A stretch of DNA of 64,000 bases, taken from Malacoraja senta (Eukaryota). The DNA is taken from NCBI GenBank assembly GCA_038087875.1, contig JAXLNO010003982.1, positions 62,001 through 126,000 on the forward strand. Reading direction: 5' to 3'. Below, piece after piece: positions 35,923-49,360 of the stretch; position 1 is the first letter of the stretch, and each line of letters opens with the position of its first letter. Made by a program: the position numbers and the translations under genes. The notes below the pieces were generated by a model. The model was not told the DNA's origin. It ran no database searches and saw nothing but the letters and a program-made list of their open reading frames with translations.

Positions 35923-36237
35923 AGGCCCTGTCCCACTGTACGAGCTAATTCAAGAGTTCTCCCGAGTTTCCCCTGATTCGAACTCGGAGAATTACGGTAA
36001 TAGCCGCTCGTAGGTACTTGGGGCTCTCTGGACTTTTTTCAACATGTTGAAAAATCTTCACGAGTCTTCACGAGCTTACCGCGTTTCCCGAGTACCTGCC
36101 GTTAGCGTTACGAGCCGCTAGGAGATGTCCCGAGCTCCGACGTACCCGCTACGTACCATCTACGTGCTTACCACGAGTTTGATTTTTTTTTAAACTCGGG
36201 AGAGCTCTTGAATTACCTCGTACATTGGGACAGGCTT
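35923..36237. mobile_element. Harbinger-like MITE of about 315 bp
   Basis: TIR aggccctgtcccactgtacgagctaattcaagag / ctcttgaattacctcgtacattgggacaggctt; flanks TAA and TGA. Confidence 0.82.
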
Positions 36238-36479
36238 TGAATTTTCTTTTTAAAAGGCAGTACATTGAGGCAACTGGCAGAATTGGTGCCCCTCTGCTAC
36301 AGCAACTTGGATTCAATCCTGATCTCGGGTACAACGTGTATCATTTTCTTGTTCTCCCTATGACACGTGGATTTCCACCAAATGCTCCGTTCCTCCTATA
36401 TCTCAAAGACATGCGAGTTGGTTGGTTAATTGAATTTTGTAAATTGCCCAGTGTGTGATTGGATGACAGATGTTGTCTA

Positions 36480-36790
36480 TGTTTAGTTTAGTTTAGAGAT
36501 ACAGTGAGGAAACAGACCCTACAGCCCACCGGGCCTGCACCAACCAGCGATCCCCACATTTTAACACTACCCTACACACACTAGGGGTAATTTTACCTTT
36601 TATACCAAGCCAATTAACGTACAAACCTGTACGTCTTTGGAGTGTGGGAGGAAACCGAAGATCTTGGAGAAAACCTACGCAGGTCACGGAGAGAACGTAC
36701 AAACTCCATATAGAAAAGCACTTGTAGTCAGGATTGAACCCAGATCTCTGGCACTGTAATGCAGTAGCCTTAAGACTATGCCACCATGCC
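36480..36790 (-). mobile_element. HE1-type V-SINE
   Basis: (TTTAG)n tail, V-domain and head on the reverse strand. Confidence 0.85.
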
Positions 36791-37029
36791 ATCCTTCAGC
36801 AAGGCCCCACATGGGTGGCTGGTCCATTAGGTTGGAAAACATGGGATCCAGGGTGAGCTAGTCAATTGGACACAAAGTTGGCTTGGTGGTAGGAGTCAGA
36901 GATTGGTAGTGGAGGGTTGTTTTTTTTACATAGGAAGCCTGTGACCAGCGGTATGCCTCAGGGACTGATGCTCTGATGTCATTCAGTCACACACAGTGCT
37001 CTCAGACTGATTAATGATTTCAATTTGCA

Positions 37030-37175
37030 GAAATGAAAGAGATGAAGGAAAGAGAGATAGAGCTGAGGGATGAGAGATGGAGAGATAAATAGATGGAGGG
37101 AAATAGGGAGATAGAGAGAGAGAGATATATAGTGAGATGGAGAGAGATGATAGATAGAGAGAGGGATAATGTGAT
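37030..37175. repeat. Purine-rich (AG/AGAT) low-complexity tract
   Basis: Almost no C over about 145 bp: gaaatgaaagagatgaaggaaagagagatagag... Confidence 0.85.
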
Positions 37176-38549
37176 TGATACTTGTTGAGAGCAGAGCTGA
37201 AAATAGGTGAGGTGCCCTTGGGAAAGTGTGGACACAGGATGTCTGGGGATGACCAGTTTATTAAATGGACTACAGTATGAAGCAAAATAGATCAATGTTA
37301 AGAGTTCTCAAGCCAGATAAGCAACACTAAGATGTGTTTTGTTATTCAGTCCCTGGATGAGTGGCAACTTGAATTTCTTGATTTTCTTTTCGGAGTTCAG
37401 AACTTGGATTAGAGTCTATTGTGCAACAAATCAGCTGAGCCCCTGGACAGATTAATGGTTGCCTGTTCAACATTCTGTACAACTGTAACACGACACCCCA
37501 ACCCTAGTCCTCAGTACCATGGCTGAGGAAACAAGGCACAACATATACTCTGTGTAGGAATGAACAGCAGATGCTAATGTAAACCGAAGATAGACACAAA
37601 AAGCTAGAGAGACTCAGCGGCAATATTTCTGGAGAGAAGGAATGGGTGACGTTTTGGATTGAGGCGATTCTTCAGACATATATTCCCTTCACTACCCTAT
37701 CAAACTATGATGCTATTTTCAGGGAACTATGTAATTGTACACCAAGGTACAGCTCCATTTACAATCCTGCAATAGATTTGGCCAGTCATGATTTGAATTC
37801 CCAAAATGCATCAAATCACACTTGTTTGAGTTAGATTTCAACTGGCATTCCTTCCCGCCCCCCCTCACCTCCCATCCCCTCACCTCCATACCTTTCCGGT
37901 TGATCAACATTATTTTGTAATCTTAGATAACAATTATCATTACCTAATATACTTATCAATTTTGTTGTCAACTCTGGCAAAGAAGAATCCAAAGATACTT
38001 TATGTACATTCAAGAATCAATATTGTTTTATTGTCATACCAGACCAAGTGCAGACCCGTTGGGTCTGCTCCCCCAACGCAATATTCCAGCACTCACCCGT
38101 TCCCCCAACGCAACCCGTTTGGCTTAAAAAAACACTTTAATCATGATGAGGGGGAGGGGGCAGGGGGTGTGGCACTCGGCAGCTTGAGAGCCCATCGTGA
38201 TTGGTGCACTGGAGGGGGGTGGGGAGGGGGGAAGGAGGGTTGGAGCACTGGAGTGTCCGTCCCTCCTGGAGTGGCCCTGTCCTGCCTCGCGAGTGCATTG
38301 TGAAGTCACTCGGATTTTGTTTCCAAAATGGAAGAGTTTGAAGAAATCAAACTGTTTTTAAAATTTAACGATTAATAACTTCGGAAATATAGGTGGAAAT
38401 GTGATGGGAAGATGTTTATTGCCACCACGGGAAAAATGTGAGTAAGATGTGTGAAAATAGGAAGGCTGTGGCCTAGCATTAGGAAGAAGACAGGAATTTA
38501 CCAGATTGACACACACACAGACACATCGTGGGCACAAACAAGCCAAAGA

Positions 38550-39065
38550 CTTTTAGTTATATAGAGATGTCCTAGATAGAACAATGACATTCTTACTTGC
38601 AGCAGCACAACAGAATATGTAAACATAGTACACTGTAAACAATATAAGAAACATGAAATAAAAATATCTGGGTGTGTATGTATACACATACTCACAAATA
38701 CACATATATAGAGACCATATTCGTATATATATATACACACACACACACTCATATGTACACACAAAAAACAAACAATAATGGTGCAACAATAACAATAATA
38801 GTCTATGTAGTTAAGAGCTTGTTTAAGGCTGTAGTGTTTAATAGCCTAAAGGCTGTAGGGTAGAAGTTATTGCTGAACCTGATGTTACAATTTTCAGGCT
38901 CCTGTACCTTCTACCCTATGGCAGGGGTGAAATAAGTGTGTGGCCAGGGTGGTGTGGGTCTCTGATGATCCTTGCTGCCTTTTTGAGCTTCCTTCGATGG
39001 TGGGGAGGTCAGAACCCGTGATGGACTGGGCAGTGTTCACAAGTTTTTACAGTCTTCTTCGCTCC
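38550..39065 (-). mobile_element. Rex1/Babar-type 3' fragment with a (CA)n/(TA)n tract
   Basis: Reverse complement of the ..gctgcaagtaagaatgtcattgttc tail and ..ccatcgaagg.. coding remnant seen at 13860-14230. Confidence 0.72.
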
Positions 39066-39129
39066 TATATTAAATGAATGAGGGTAACTTGATAAAGAAT
39101 AAATCCACTCAGAAAATAAAAGCTGTCAT

Positions 39130-39990
39130 CTCTGTGAGGAGCTGCATGAGATGAGCAAGATTTTCAATGAGTATTTCTCCCCTGTTTTTACTGTGGAGAA
39201 AGATTTGAAGATGAGGGAGCTTGCAACAGGAAATGGAGATGTCTGGAGGACAGTCCGTGTTATGGCCGATGATGTGCTGGACATCCTAAGACATATGAAA
39301 GTAGATAATTCACCCAGACCTGATCAGATATATCAGAGGACACTGTGGGGAGCTAGAGAAAAAATTGCAAGCGCCCTGACTGAGAGATATGAATCATTGT
39401 TAGAAGGACTACAGGGCATAGCCTAGAAACTATAAATCAGTGGGCCTACAATCTGCAGTAGGGAAGTTACTGGACAGGATTCTGAGAGATAGGGTAAATA
39501 TGCATTTGTAGAGACAGGGGCTGGTCAGTGTGGTTTTGTACGTGGGACATCATGCATCGCCAATCTGGTAGTTTTTGGAAAAAGTAACCAAGAAGGTTGA
39601 TGATGATAAGGTCATAGACATTGTACATATGGTCTTTAGCAAGGCCTTTGATAAGTTTCTGCATGGTAGGCTGCTCTGGATGATTAGAGCTCATGGAATT
39701 CAGGGAGAACTAGCTGCCTAAACAAAGAATTACGTTCATGGAAGCATAGGGTGATAGTGGAAGTGCTTTTCACACTGGAGGCCTGTGACTAGAGGTGTCC
39801 CTCAGGGATCAGTGCTGGGCCCATTGCTGATTGTGGTTTATATAAGCAACTTAGATGAAAATGTGCGGCATGATTAGAAACTTTGCAGATGACATTGACC
39901 TAGTTGGTATCATAAACAGTGAACATAGTTATCAAAAATTACAGCTGGATCGTGATCAGTGAGACAAGTGGGCTGAAGAATGGTTAATGG
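39130..39990 (+). mobile_element. Degraded CR1 ORF2 fragment
   Basis: EYFSPVFTVEKD, KVDNSPRPDQIY, agcaaggcctttgataag (SKAFDK), gtccctcagggatcagtgctggg (VPQGSVLG). Confidence 0.85.
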
Positions 39991-40229
39991 AGCTTCCAGG
40001 CCTGACCTACTGACACTGTTGATCATGCCACCATCGGCCCACAAAGCTTCCAGGCCATGTTTGCCGCCAACCTTTACCTGTACTCTAGCCACTCGTGGGC
40101 CCATTGACTCCGCCGATCCTCGCCTCTTCACTGGCCACCAGTCGGCCAAAGACATCAACACATGGTTTGCAAGCCCCTTTTCCGGCCTTGGGCCTCTACG
40201 CTGCTGGCCCCGACAATATACAGTAAAGC

Positions 40230-40530
40230 TCTCCGGGGTCCTTCCCCCCCGACTTCCTTCTGATACAGAACAGTCAGTCTTCAACTGAGGCCTTATCTTT
40301 GTATCCCTACGCCCCCACCTCAACAAATTCAGGGCTCACCATGATGTAGAGATCTTCTTCAGTTGCCTCCGCCTCCAAGCCTTTTTCTACGGGAAGGAGT
40401 CCTCATCTCCCGGTGAAAACACAGTCCTCCTTATCCTACAAACCCCATCCTCTTTGACCCCCTGTGCCAGCCTTCTACCCTCTCCCGACCTGTTTATTTC
40501 GAACTGCTGGCATGACATATCTCTAAACCA
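40230..40530 (+). mobile_element. Penelope-like ORF N-terminal fragment
   Basis: SDTEQSVFN*GLIFVSLRPHLNKFRAHHDVEIFFSCLRLQAFF matches the recalled PLE N-terminal motif LS..E..VL.KGL.F.P...D.E.F.R.LRL..FF. Confidence 0.65.
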
Positions 40531-42359
40531 AACTCAATTATGAACAAATGGTGATTCATTTCTAAGTCAGGATGGATCCCAGGTCAGGTTCCCACACATC
40601 TGCTGACCTTGTTGTTCTTGTGCTTGAGATGTTGAGTTTGGAATGTTCTGATGGACTAGATGACACGTATCTGCAGTGTGTTTTGTCACTGGTTGAAGCT
40701 TGTGGTGCAGTGAATAAATGAGGAAATGAAATTGAGCATTGTGCAATCAACAACAGACAATCACTTTTGACTTTATAATGGAAGGAAGGAAGGAAGGTCA
40801 CTAAAGTACCAGATCTTGATTATTGAGTACTCCACATCTTCCAGGCACCTAACATTGATTTACCTTGATTGGGTTACTTGGATCTGCATAAGGAATGGGA
40901 ACAGCTTCAAACAATCTACTTGATTGTTGTTAATTAATTTTATTAATAATATCATAGAGTCATAGAGTGATACAGTTTGGAAACAGGTCCTTCGGCCCAA
41001 CTCGCCCACACCGGCCAACAATGTCCCAGCTACACTGGTCCCACTTGCCTGCGATTGTCTAACTGTTTCTTAAAGGATAGGATAGTCCCAGCCTCAACTA
41101 CCTCCTCTGGCAGCTTGTTCCATACACCCACCAGCCTTTGTGTGAAAATGTTGACCCTCGGATTCCTATTAAATCTTTTTCCCCTTCACCTTGAACCTAT
41201 GTCCTCTGGTCCTCGATTCCCCTACTCTGGGCAAAGTCTCTGTGCATCGAATAACAGTTGATTGCGTTATCATTTCAATGTGTGCTGATCTTTCAGGAAA
41301 CTTTCCAAGTCAATCCATGTTCACCACACTCATAGTCACTTTGAGGTAACATTGGCAGGGCAGGTTGTCCCTTATGGTAATCTTGATAAGGAATGTCTGG
41401 CCAAGTGTACAATGGCCAATTAATTCATGAAATCAGATTCAAGTTGGGGTTGTGGACCAGTGTCTGTTCCATGCAAGAATAATCCTGATATTATGAACTT
41501 TACACTAATACCAAACATTGTGGGCTAAACCCTGCAGCTCCAAACCAGTGCTGCCACCAAAGCAATAGGTTATCAGGTCAAGTTAAATCTCTACATTGTT
41601 TATAACTTTGGAGTTTTGATTTATGCAAAATGTTAATGGAAATCAATACAAATTGTGTATTGTCTCAATGTAATCTATATTTCCTGTAGTCTTGTACTAA
41701 AGTATGATTGTCCTTGTGTATTGTAAATGTTTGACAGAACTGTAGGCAAAAAGTAATTTCACTGAACCCAGGTATATGTGACAATAAAGTACCATTGAAC
41801 CATTGAATCAATGCACCCACTGTCACTTGAATACATAAGCAGGTTATAGACAAGAATTATTTTAAAATTCATTTGCCCAGGTTTATGCACAGGTATGAAG
41901 TATTAATAGTCTCAGTTCAGTTTAGTTTATTGTGAAATAGTGAAAGCTGTTTACAGTGAAAAGCTTTTGTTGTGTGCTAACCAGTCAGCAGAAAGTCAAT
42001 ACATGATTGTAATCGATCTGAAGATAGACACATAAAGCTGGAGTAACTCAGCAGGACAGGCAGCATCTCTGGAGAGAAGGAATGGGTGACGTTTCAGGTT
42101 GAGACTTTCTTCAATTCTTCTCTCCAGAGATGCTGCCTGCCCCGCTGAGTTACTCCAGCTTTTTTATGACTATCTTCTGTTTAAACCAGTATCTGCAGTT
42201 CCTTCGTACACATTACAATCGATCCATTTACAATGTATCACAGCAACTGGAGAAAGAATCTCATCCTTTAATCCCATTTTTTCCCTCAGTCCAACACACT
42301 GAACACAATGGAAATTAGCTGACTGACCGGAGATGTGTTCTCCATGACTTTGCACAACT

Positions 42360-43600
42360 CAAGCTGTGGAAGCTCTACAGAGCTGTAGATGTTGTGTACA
42401 TGGATTTCAGAAATGTATTCGAAAAGGCTCCGCATGGTAGGCTGCTCTGGAAGATTTGATCACATGAGATCCAAGGAGAGATAGCTGAATGGATAGCAAA
42501 TGGCTCCATGGAAGGAAGCAGAGGGTGATGGTGGAAGGTTGCTTCACTGATTGAAGGCGTGTGACTAGTGGTGTGACTCAGGGTTCGGTGCTGGGCCCGT
42601 TACTGTTTGTCATCTACATAATTGATTTGGATGATATAATACGGGGCAAGATTAGCAAGGTTGCTGATGATACAAAAGGGAGTGGTTTTGCAGATAGTGA
42701 AGATGGTTGTGAACGGTTGCAGGTAGACAATGGTTGTGAACGATTGCAGCAGGATCTGGATCGATTGGCCAGTGGGCCGAGGAATGGTTGATGGAATTTA
42801 ATACAGAGAAGTGTGAGGTGTTGCTTTTTGGGACATCTAACACAGTAAATGGTCGGTCTCTGGGGAGTGTTGAGAGGAGAGGGATCTAGGAGTACAAGTG
42901 CAAGGTTCCTTAAAGGTCGAGTCATAGGTAGATAAGGTGGTCAAAAAGGCTTTTGGCACATTGGCCTTCATCAGTCAGAATAATGAGTACAGAAGTTGGG
43001 AGGTCATGTTGCAGTTGTATAAGATGTTGGTGAGACCGCATTTAGAATATTGTGTTCAGTTCTGGGCACCATGTTATAGGAAAGATATTGTCAAGCTTGA
43101 AACTGGTCAGAAAAGATTTACAAGGATGTTGCCAGGACTAGAGGGTGTGAGTTATAGGGAGAGGTTGAGTAGGCTGGGTCTCTATTCCTTGGAGCGCAGG
43201 AGGATGAGGGGTGATCTTGTAAGAGGTATACAATACCATCAGAGGAATAGTTCGGGTAGATGCACAGAGTCTTTTGCCCAGAGTAGGGGAATCGAGGACC
43301 AGATGACATAGTTTCAAGGTCAATGGGATAAGATTTAATAGGAAACTGAAGGGTAACGTTTTCACACAAAGTGTGGTGGGTGTATGGAACAAGCTCCCAG
43401 AGGAGGTAATTGAGGCTGGGACAATCCCCTCGTTTAAGAAACAGTTAGACATGTACATGGATATGACAGGTTTGGAGGGATATGGACCAAAGGCAGGCAG
43501 GTGGGACTAGTGTAGCTGGGACATGTTGCCCAGTGTGGACAAGTTGGGCTGAAGGGCCTGTTCCCAAACTGTATCACTCTATGACTCCATAACTAAAAGT
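42360..43600 (+). mobile_element. CR1/HER1 LINE 3' fragment
   Basis: SGVTQGSVLGPLLFVIYI.DLD, KVADDTK, RPHLEYCVQFWAP; tail ggctgaagggcctgttccc..ctgtatcactctatgactc shared with the HE1 SINE tail. Confidence 0.9.
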
Positions 43601-45739
43601 CATGGAAGGAAGGAGATAATTTTCATTGGAGATGGGTTGTATGATGTGAAAGTGTTTCTGTTTGTAAAATTTCTGTTTGCATTCGACTAGGTCAGTTTAT
43701 CTTGGCATTACATTCGGCATATACATTGTGGGCCAAAGGGTGAGTTCCTGACCTGTAATATTCTGTATCTGATAGTCTACAAATCACACATTCACCCTGC
43801 CTCTGTTCCTGTACCTCTTCTGACTGATCTGTTGGGCTGAGACTCCAACCCCAACCTCTTACACAATGTGAGATTTGTGGAATGACAAATACATTTCCAT
43901 CACTTAGTGACTGGAGCACCTCAGGCACTGGGCCAAGTGTTTGCTGATAAACTGTCCACTATTGCCTGGGTTCTTGAGTGAACAAGGAACTCTTTCAATA
44001 CCTTCTCAACTATCTAAAAGATCAAGTAACAGGGTGGAACGTAATTAATTCAATTTGGTTCATATTTATGTTATAAAATTAGATATGATAAATATAGATT
44101 AATTGCATAAATGTATCTGTCATTGATAAACTTGATCTGTTCACACCATTTTGAATCACATGCCCGTTCAAAAATTCCTCCATTCATTCTGAATCACATA
44201 CCCCATTCAAAAATGCCCCCACCAACACCATTCTGAAGCTTATACCCATTCAAAAAATTATCCATTCACACAATACTGATTCACATACCAAATGTGTAGG
44301 AAGGAACTGCAGATGCCAGTTTACATGGGAGAGAGACACAAAATGCTGGAGTAACTCACAGGCAGCATCTCTGTAGAGAAGGAATGGGTGACATTGTGGG
44401 TCGAGACCCTACTTCAGACCAAGATGTGTTCAGATCCAATAGACTACTTTTAAATTCTGTGCATTCACATTTCCATCCAAATCCCACTGACTCACATTTC
44501 AGTCAACATCTCCATTCTCATTGACATGCGATTTACACATAGGCCAGGATGATTTTTTCCCCAAAGGATCTCAACCCAAAACATCACCCATTCCTTCTAT
44601 CCAGAGCTGCTGCCTGTGCCTCTGAGTTACTACAACATTTTGTGTCTATCTTCAGCTTAAACCAGCATCTGCAGTTCCTTTGTTTACATTAAGAATTCCT
44701 TGGACTTGTTTAGCATGGTTTGAACTCATTGTTTGAAAGCAGAATTCATTAACATTGTCCAATAGGGAGTGTGAGTATTTCTTGAAGTAAATGCCACAAT
44801 TTGTTTGCTTTTCCTTGTGAAAGGCTGTGTTTGGTATTGGGTTTCCTGAATTCAACTGTAATCAATATCAGACTGACAGACAAAAAGCCTTGATCTCACC
44901 ATTAACTATAGAGTAGCATGCAGTCTAGTTCAGGCTAGGCTGTGATGTCTCCCAGTAAATGGAAATAGCTCTCAAACATACCATGTGCAAACTGATCCTC
45001 AAAGTTCGGTCGTGTGAGAAAGGTATTGTAGAGAGTGTGTCTACTTACAGCTAAAGCAGAACAAGAGGTCAGTGCACTTGTATCAGAGAAATTGATTAAA
45101 ACATTTTTAAATAACCTACGCCTTTCCAGAGAATGCCATCTTGTAACAAAAGGCCTGTTATCAATAGATTATGAGAGGTGGCTGTTGATTGAATTGAATT
45201 GAATACTTTATTGTCACATGTGACAAGTCTCAGTGACATTCTTTGCTTGCACACACAAGGTATGGAAATATTTGCTCATAAAGGGCGTTTACAAAGTTAC
45301 AAATCTCCGTCCCCCACGCCGGGTCCTCCTTTGCTCCTTCCCTCAGCAGCGGCGTCCTCAATTCCACGAGTCCGTTCTCGTCCATTGGTCGGCGCCATCA
45401 TCGACCGCCACACTGGCCTTTTCATTAACGCTGCCGGGTCCTCTCCGGACACCTTTGTGGCACTGACCCAAGCCCCCGCTGCGGGCTCCATCCACCCAGG
45501 CAAGAAGTAACTGTGAGTTGTGTGCAAAACATTTTTTTCATGCGGTGTCAGCCACAGCATATCTCCATTCTCAGTCAGAGAGCCACGGGTCAATATCCCA
45601 CCAAAGAAACACCAGTGGAATCTAGTGCTATACGGGACGTTCTGCAGAGTTTGTGATGCAATTTTACAACCACATGTTAAAACAAAATACTACCAGGCCG
45701 GCACAATGGCACAACTAGCAGAGCTGCTCCCTCAGTGCT

Positions 45740-46290
45740 AGAGAATATTGTGAGCAATTTTGGGCACTATATCTGAGAAAGGATGTCCTGGCTCTGGAGA
45801 GGGTCCAGAGGAGGTTTACAACAATGATCCCAGAAATGAGTAGATTAACCTATCATGAACATTTGTTAGCACTGGGTCTGTACTCTCTGGAGTTTAGAAG
45901 AATGAGGGGGGACCTCATTAAAACCTACAGAATAGTGAATGGTTTGGATAGAGTGGATGTGGAGAGGATGTATCCACTAGTGAGAGAGTCTAGGACTGGA
46001 GGCCATAGCCTCAGATTTAAAGGACGTTCTTTTAGGAAGATGAGGAGAAATTTCTTAAGGCAGAGGGTGGCAAATCCATGGAATTTGTTGCCACAGAAGG
46101 CTGTGGAGGCCGTCTGGATATTTTTAAGTCGAAGATAGATAGATTCTTGATTGGTACAAGTGTCCGAGGTTATGGGGAGAAGGCAGGAGAATTGGGGTGA
46201 GGAGGGAGAGATAGATCAGTAATGATTGAATGGTGGAGTGAACTAGATGGGCCGAATGGCCTAATTCTACACCCATTCCTTATGACCTGG
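45740..46290 (+). mobile_element. CR1 LINE 3' fragment
   Basis: ORF 45824..46138 LGLYSLEFRRMRGDLIKTYRIVNGLDRVD...PWNLLPQ. Confidence 0.85.
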
Positions 46291-48119
46291 CCTTGATCCT
46301 GCCCTCAAGTACTGTCCGTGTGGAGTTTGCACCTTCCCCCTGTGACTGCGCTGGCTACCTCCAGGTGGTCCAGCTTCCTCGTACACCACATGCTGGCTTG
46401 TTGCTTAATTGGCCTCCGTGAAGTCAAAATGTGATGCATAAATGTGATCACTCTGAACTGGTGTGAACGGATGGTCAATGACTGGTGTGGATTCGCTGGG
46501 CTGAATGGACTGATATATATTTCAGCCCTCTAAAAAATAATCCCAAAACGTTATTTAAGGAATACAGGTTAATCCCAGAATCCTCATTGATATTTATCTT
46601 GCAGTTGATACCACCGAAGAACACAGATCATCTGTCGCTCATCACATTTCCCTTTGAATGAAAATTGAAAGCAGTGTTTGAGAGTGTCAGCGGTGAGGAC
46701 AGGTTGGACAAACTTAGATCATTTGCTCTTGTGGAGTTGGAATATGAGGGGGGTGGGGGACACCTGATGGAAGTATATATAATTATGAGAGACACAGAGT
46801 AGAGAGGAGTAAATCTTAAATGATTTTTTACACAGAGAGTGGTGGGTGCTTGGAGCATGCTGTCAGAGGAAGTAGTGGAAACAGATATGATAGCAATGTT
46901 TAAAGGCATTTAAACAGGCATGTATGTGGTACTGCTCTATGTTTTATGTTAACTAATAAATTGATTTTGACTGTCGCGCCACACAGTGGCTCTTTTATTT
47001 TTTATTTTTATTATTATCTTGTTTATCTATTTATACTCTGTTTATGGGCCTGTTAGGCTGCTGCATGTAATAATGTAATTGTTCTGTTGTTGGAACATTT
47101 AATTAGACATTTCATTAAAGAAGCTTTCTCTTGTCTCTCTTGGGTCGTGACATGTGAACAGAGAGGAAATGAAGGGGTGTGTGGAAAGGAACAGCAGATG
47201 CCGGTTTAAACCAAAGGTAGACACAAAAATCTTGAGTAACTCAGCGGGAAAGGCAGCATCTCAGGAGAGAAGGACTGGGTGATGTTTTGGATCGATGCCC
47301 TTCTTCAGTCTGGATAGACAATGTGCAGGAAGATGGGATTAGTTTGTAAAGGCAACATAGCCAGCACAGACGTTGTGATGCTAGGGCTTATCCCTGTGTG
47401 ATCCTGCTCAATGTTCTCTGTTTATTCATTCAATAGTGTTTACATTTCAAGAAATACTCAGTGGTTCTAAATGTTTTTAAAATGTTGTGAAAGGTTTTAC
47501 AAGAATGAATCTATATATTTTACTTTTTTCTCCGTTTTTCATATTCTGATTTACATTGTAAAGAATCTCATTGTGTACGCACACAGAAACCAACCAAACA
47601 GTATCATACTTCAAGGCCAGAGTTTATGTTGCACTTGAACCTGCAAACACCCTTGTTGGTATAACTTTATCAGTGTAACCATCTGTTGGCTTGTTACTTA
47701 TTTGTTTATCGAAGCAGCTTGCTGTTAAATAAAGGTGATATATTTACCACAGCTTCTCACTATGTAGCAGATCTCCCCCCTTGTCAATCTTTTCCGAGAG
47801 TTTCCCTTCTTTATCTCTTTCCTTTGCTGCTACATTTTCCTTGATCTCCATTCCCTTTGTCCTGTTTTCACATCTTACACATCCTTATCTATACACTTCC
47901 TTATCTATCGACCTCCCATTCCCCTGACATCAGCCTGAAGAAGGGTCTCGACCCAAAATGTCACCCATTCCTTCTCTTCAGAGATGCTGCCTGTCCCGAC
48001 GAGTTACTCCACCATGTTGTGTCTATGTTCTGATTGGATCTCTTGTTGTTTCCTTGCATTCTTATTTTGATTGTCATTAAAGTTGTTGGCGTTGCCTGTA
48101 CTGGATCCCACCCCTGGCC

Positions 48120-49000
48120 CAAGACAAGCAACAAGACACAATGACATAAAAGTTAACATAAACATCCACCACGGCAGATTCCCACATTACTCACTGTGAT
48201 GGAAGGTAACAAAGTCCAATCTTCTTTCTTTTTATTCTCCCGCGGTCGGGGCAGTTGAAGCACCTGTGTCAGGGCGATAGAAGCTCCTGTGTTGGGGTGG
48301 TCAAAGCACCTGCGGCTTGGAGCTCCCGAGGTCGGTCTCTGACCAGAGACCGCGAGCTCCGTGATGTTAAGTCCGCAAGCACCCACAGTTGGAGCTCCGA
48401 GGTCGATCCCTGGCAAAGAGATTGTGAGCTGCGTGGTGGTAACTCCGCAGGCTCCCGTGGTGGAGCTGTCAAAAGTCGGCCTCCACCAAAGGACGGCAAC
48501 TCCTGGATGTTAGGCTGCAGTGCGGACCGAGATACGATACAGAAAAAAATCGCATCTCCATCGAGGTAAGATATTAGAAAAGGTTTCCCCCAACCCCACA
48601 CCCCACCCCACGTAAAACAAGCTAAAGAACACTAAAAACATACATTTAACACATGGGTCAGCATCCTTGTTCTGCATAGGAGCCAGGACCCATGTCTGTG
48701 AGTGGATGGAGGGCCACATCTGTCACCATAGTTAATAATTAATTAATTATAGTTTTAAAAAATCGTAACAAAAAGACAATTACCCCCGGGACAAATACGA
48801 CTAAAGTGCAACACTGTGGCCTGAGCGGAATTGCTCACCGACCTCGCTGATGCTTTGTTTTCCTCCAGCCCGTCCACCGCTGGGCTCCCGAAGAAACCGC
48901 TCCAGCACAGCGTTGTCGAAGTCGCTCTCATCCCGCTGCAGTTTCACACAAGCCGCAGCACCGAGGTGGGGGGGGCGCTTTCACTTCGGGTGGTCGGGAG
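48120..49000 (-). mobile_element. Unclassified CpG-rich repeat (probably a non-LTR 3' UTR family)
   Basis: acataaacatccaccac..ctgtgatggaagg is the reverse complement of sequence at 59200-59260; no coding motif recognised. Confidence 0.5.
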
Positions 49001-49044
49001 GATGGAAGAGGGGGTGGAAGGGTAGGGACGGGGAGAAAGATTTA

Positions 49045-49360
49045 AGGGCCTGTCCCACTGTACGAGGTAATTCAAGAGCTCTCCCGAGTTTAAAAAAAAT
49101 CAAACTCGTGGTAAGTACGTAGAATGTACGTAGCGGGTACGTCGGAGCTCGGGACGTCTCTTAGTGGCTCGTAATGCTAACGGCATGTACTCAGGAAACG
49201 CGGTAAGCTCGTGAAGACTCGTGAAGATTTTTAAACGTGTTGAAAAATGTCCACGAGAGCCCCGAGTACCTACGAGCGGCTATTACTGTAATTCTCCGAG
49301 TTCGAATCATGGGAAACTCGGGAGAACTCTTGAATTAGCTCGTACAGTGGGACAGGCCCT
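49045..49360. mobile_element. Harbinger-like MITE, same family as 35923-36237, opposite orientation
   Basis: TIR agggcctgtcccactgtacgag / ctcgtacagtgggacaggccct; flanks TTA and TGA. Confidence 0.85.

Noticed and set aside
44140-44295. Degenerate minisatellite of about 40 bp (cattctgaatcacatacc..cattcaaaaa)
   Set aside because: Real but short and decayed, with no evidence of function.
45297-45640. Minus-strand open frame after a ctctgcag acceptor resembling an alpha3 start (ERPV)
   Set aside because: The phase-1 frame has immediate stops and no Ig cysteine motifs; the other frame matches nothing I recognise and runs into a repeat.
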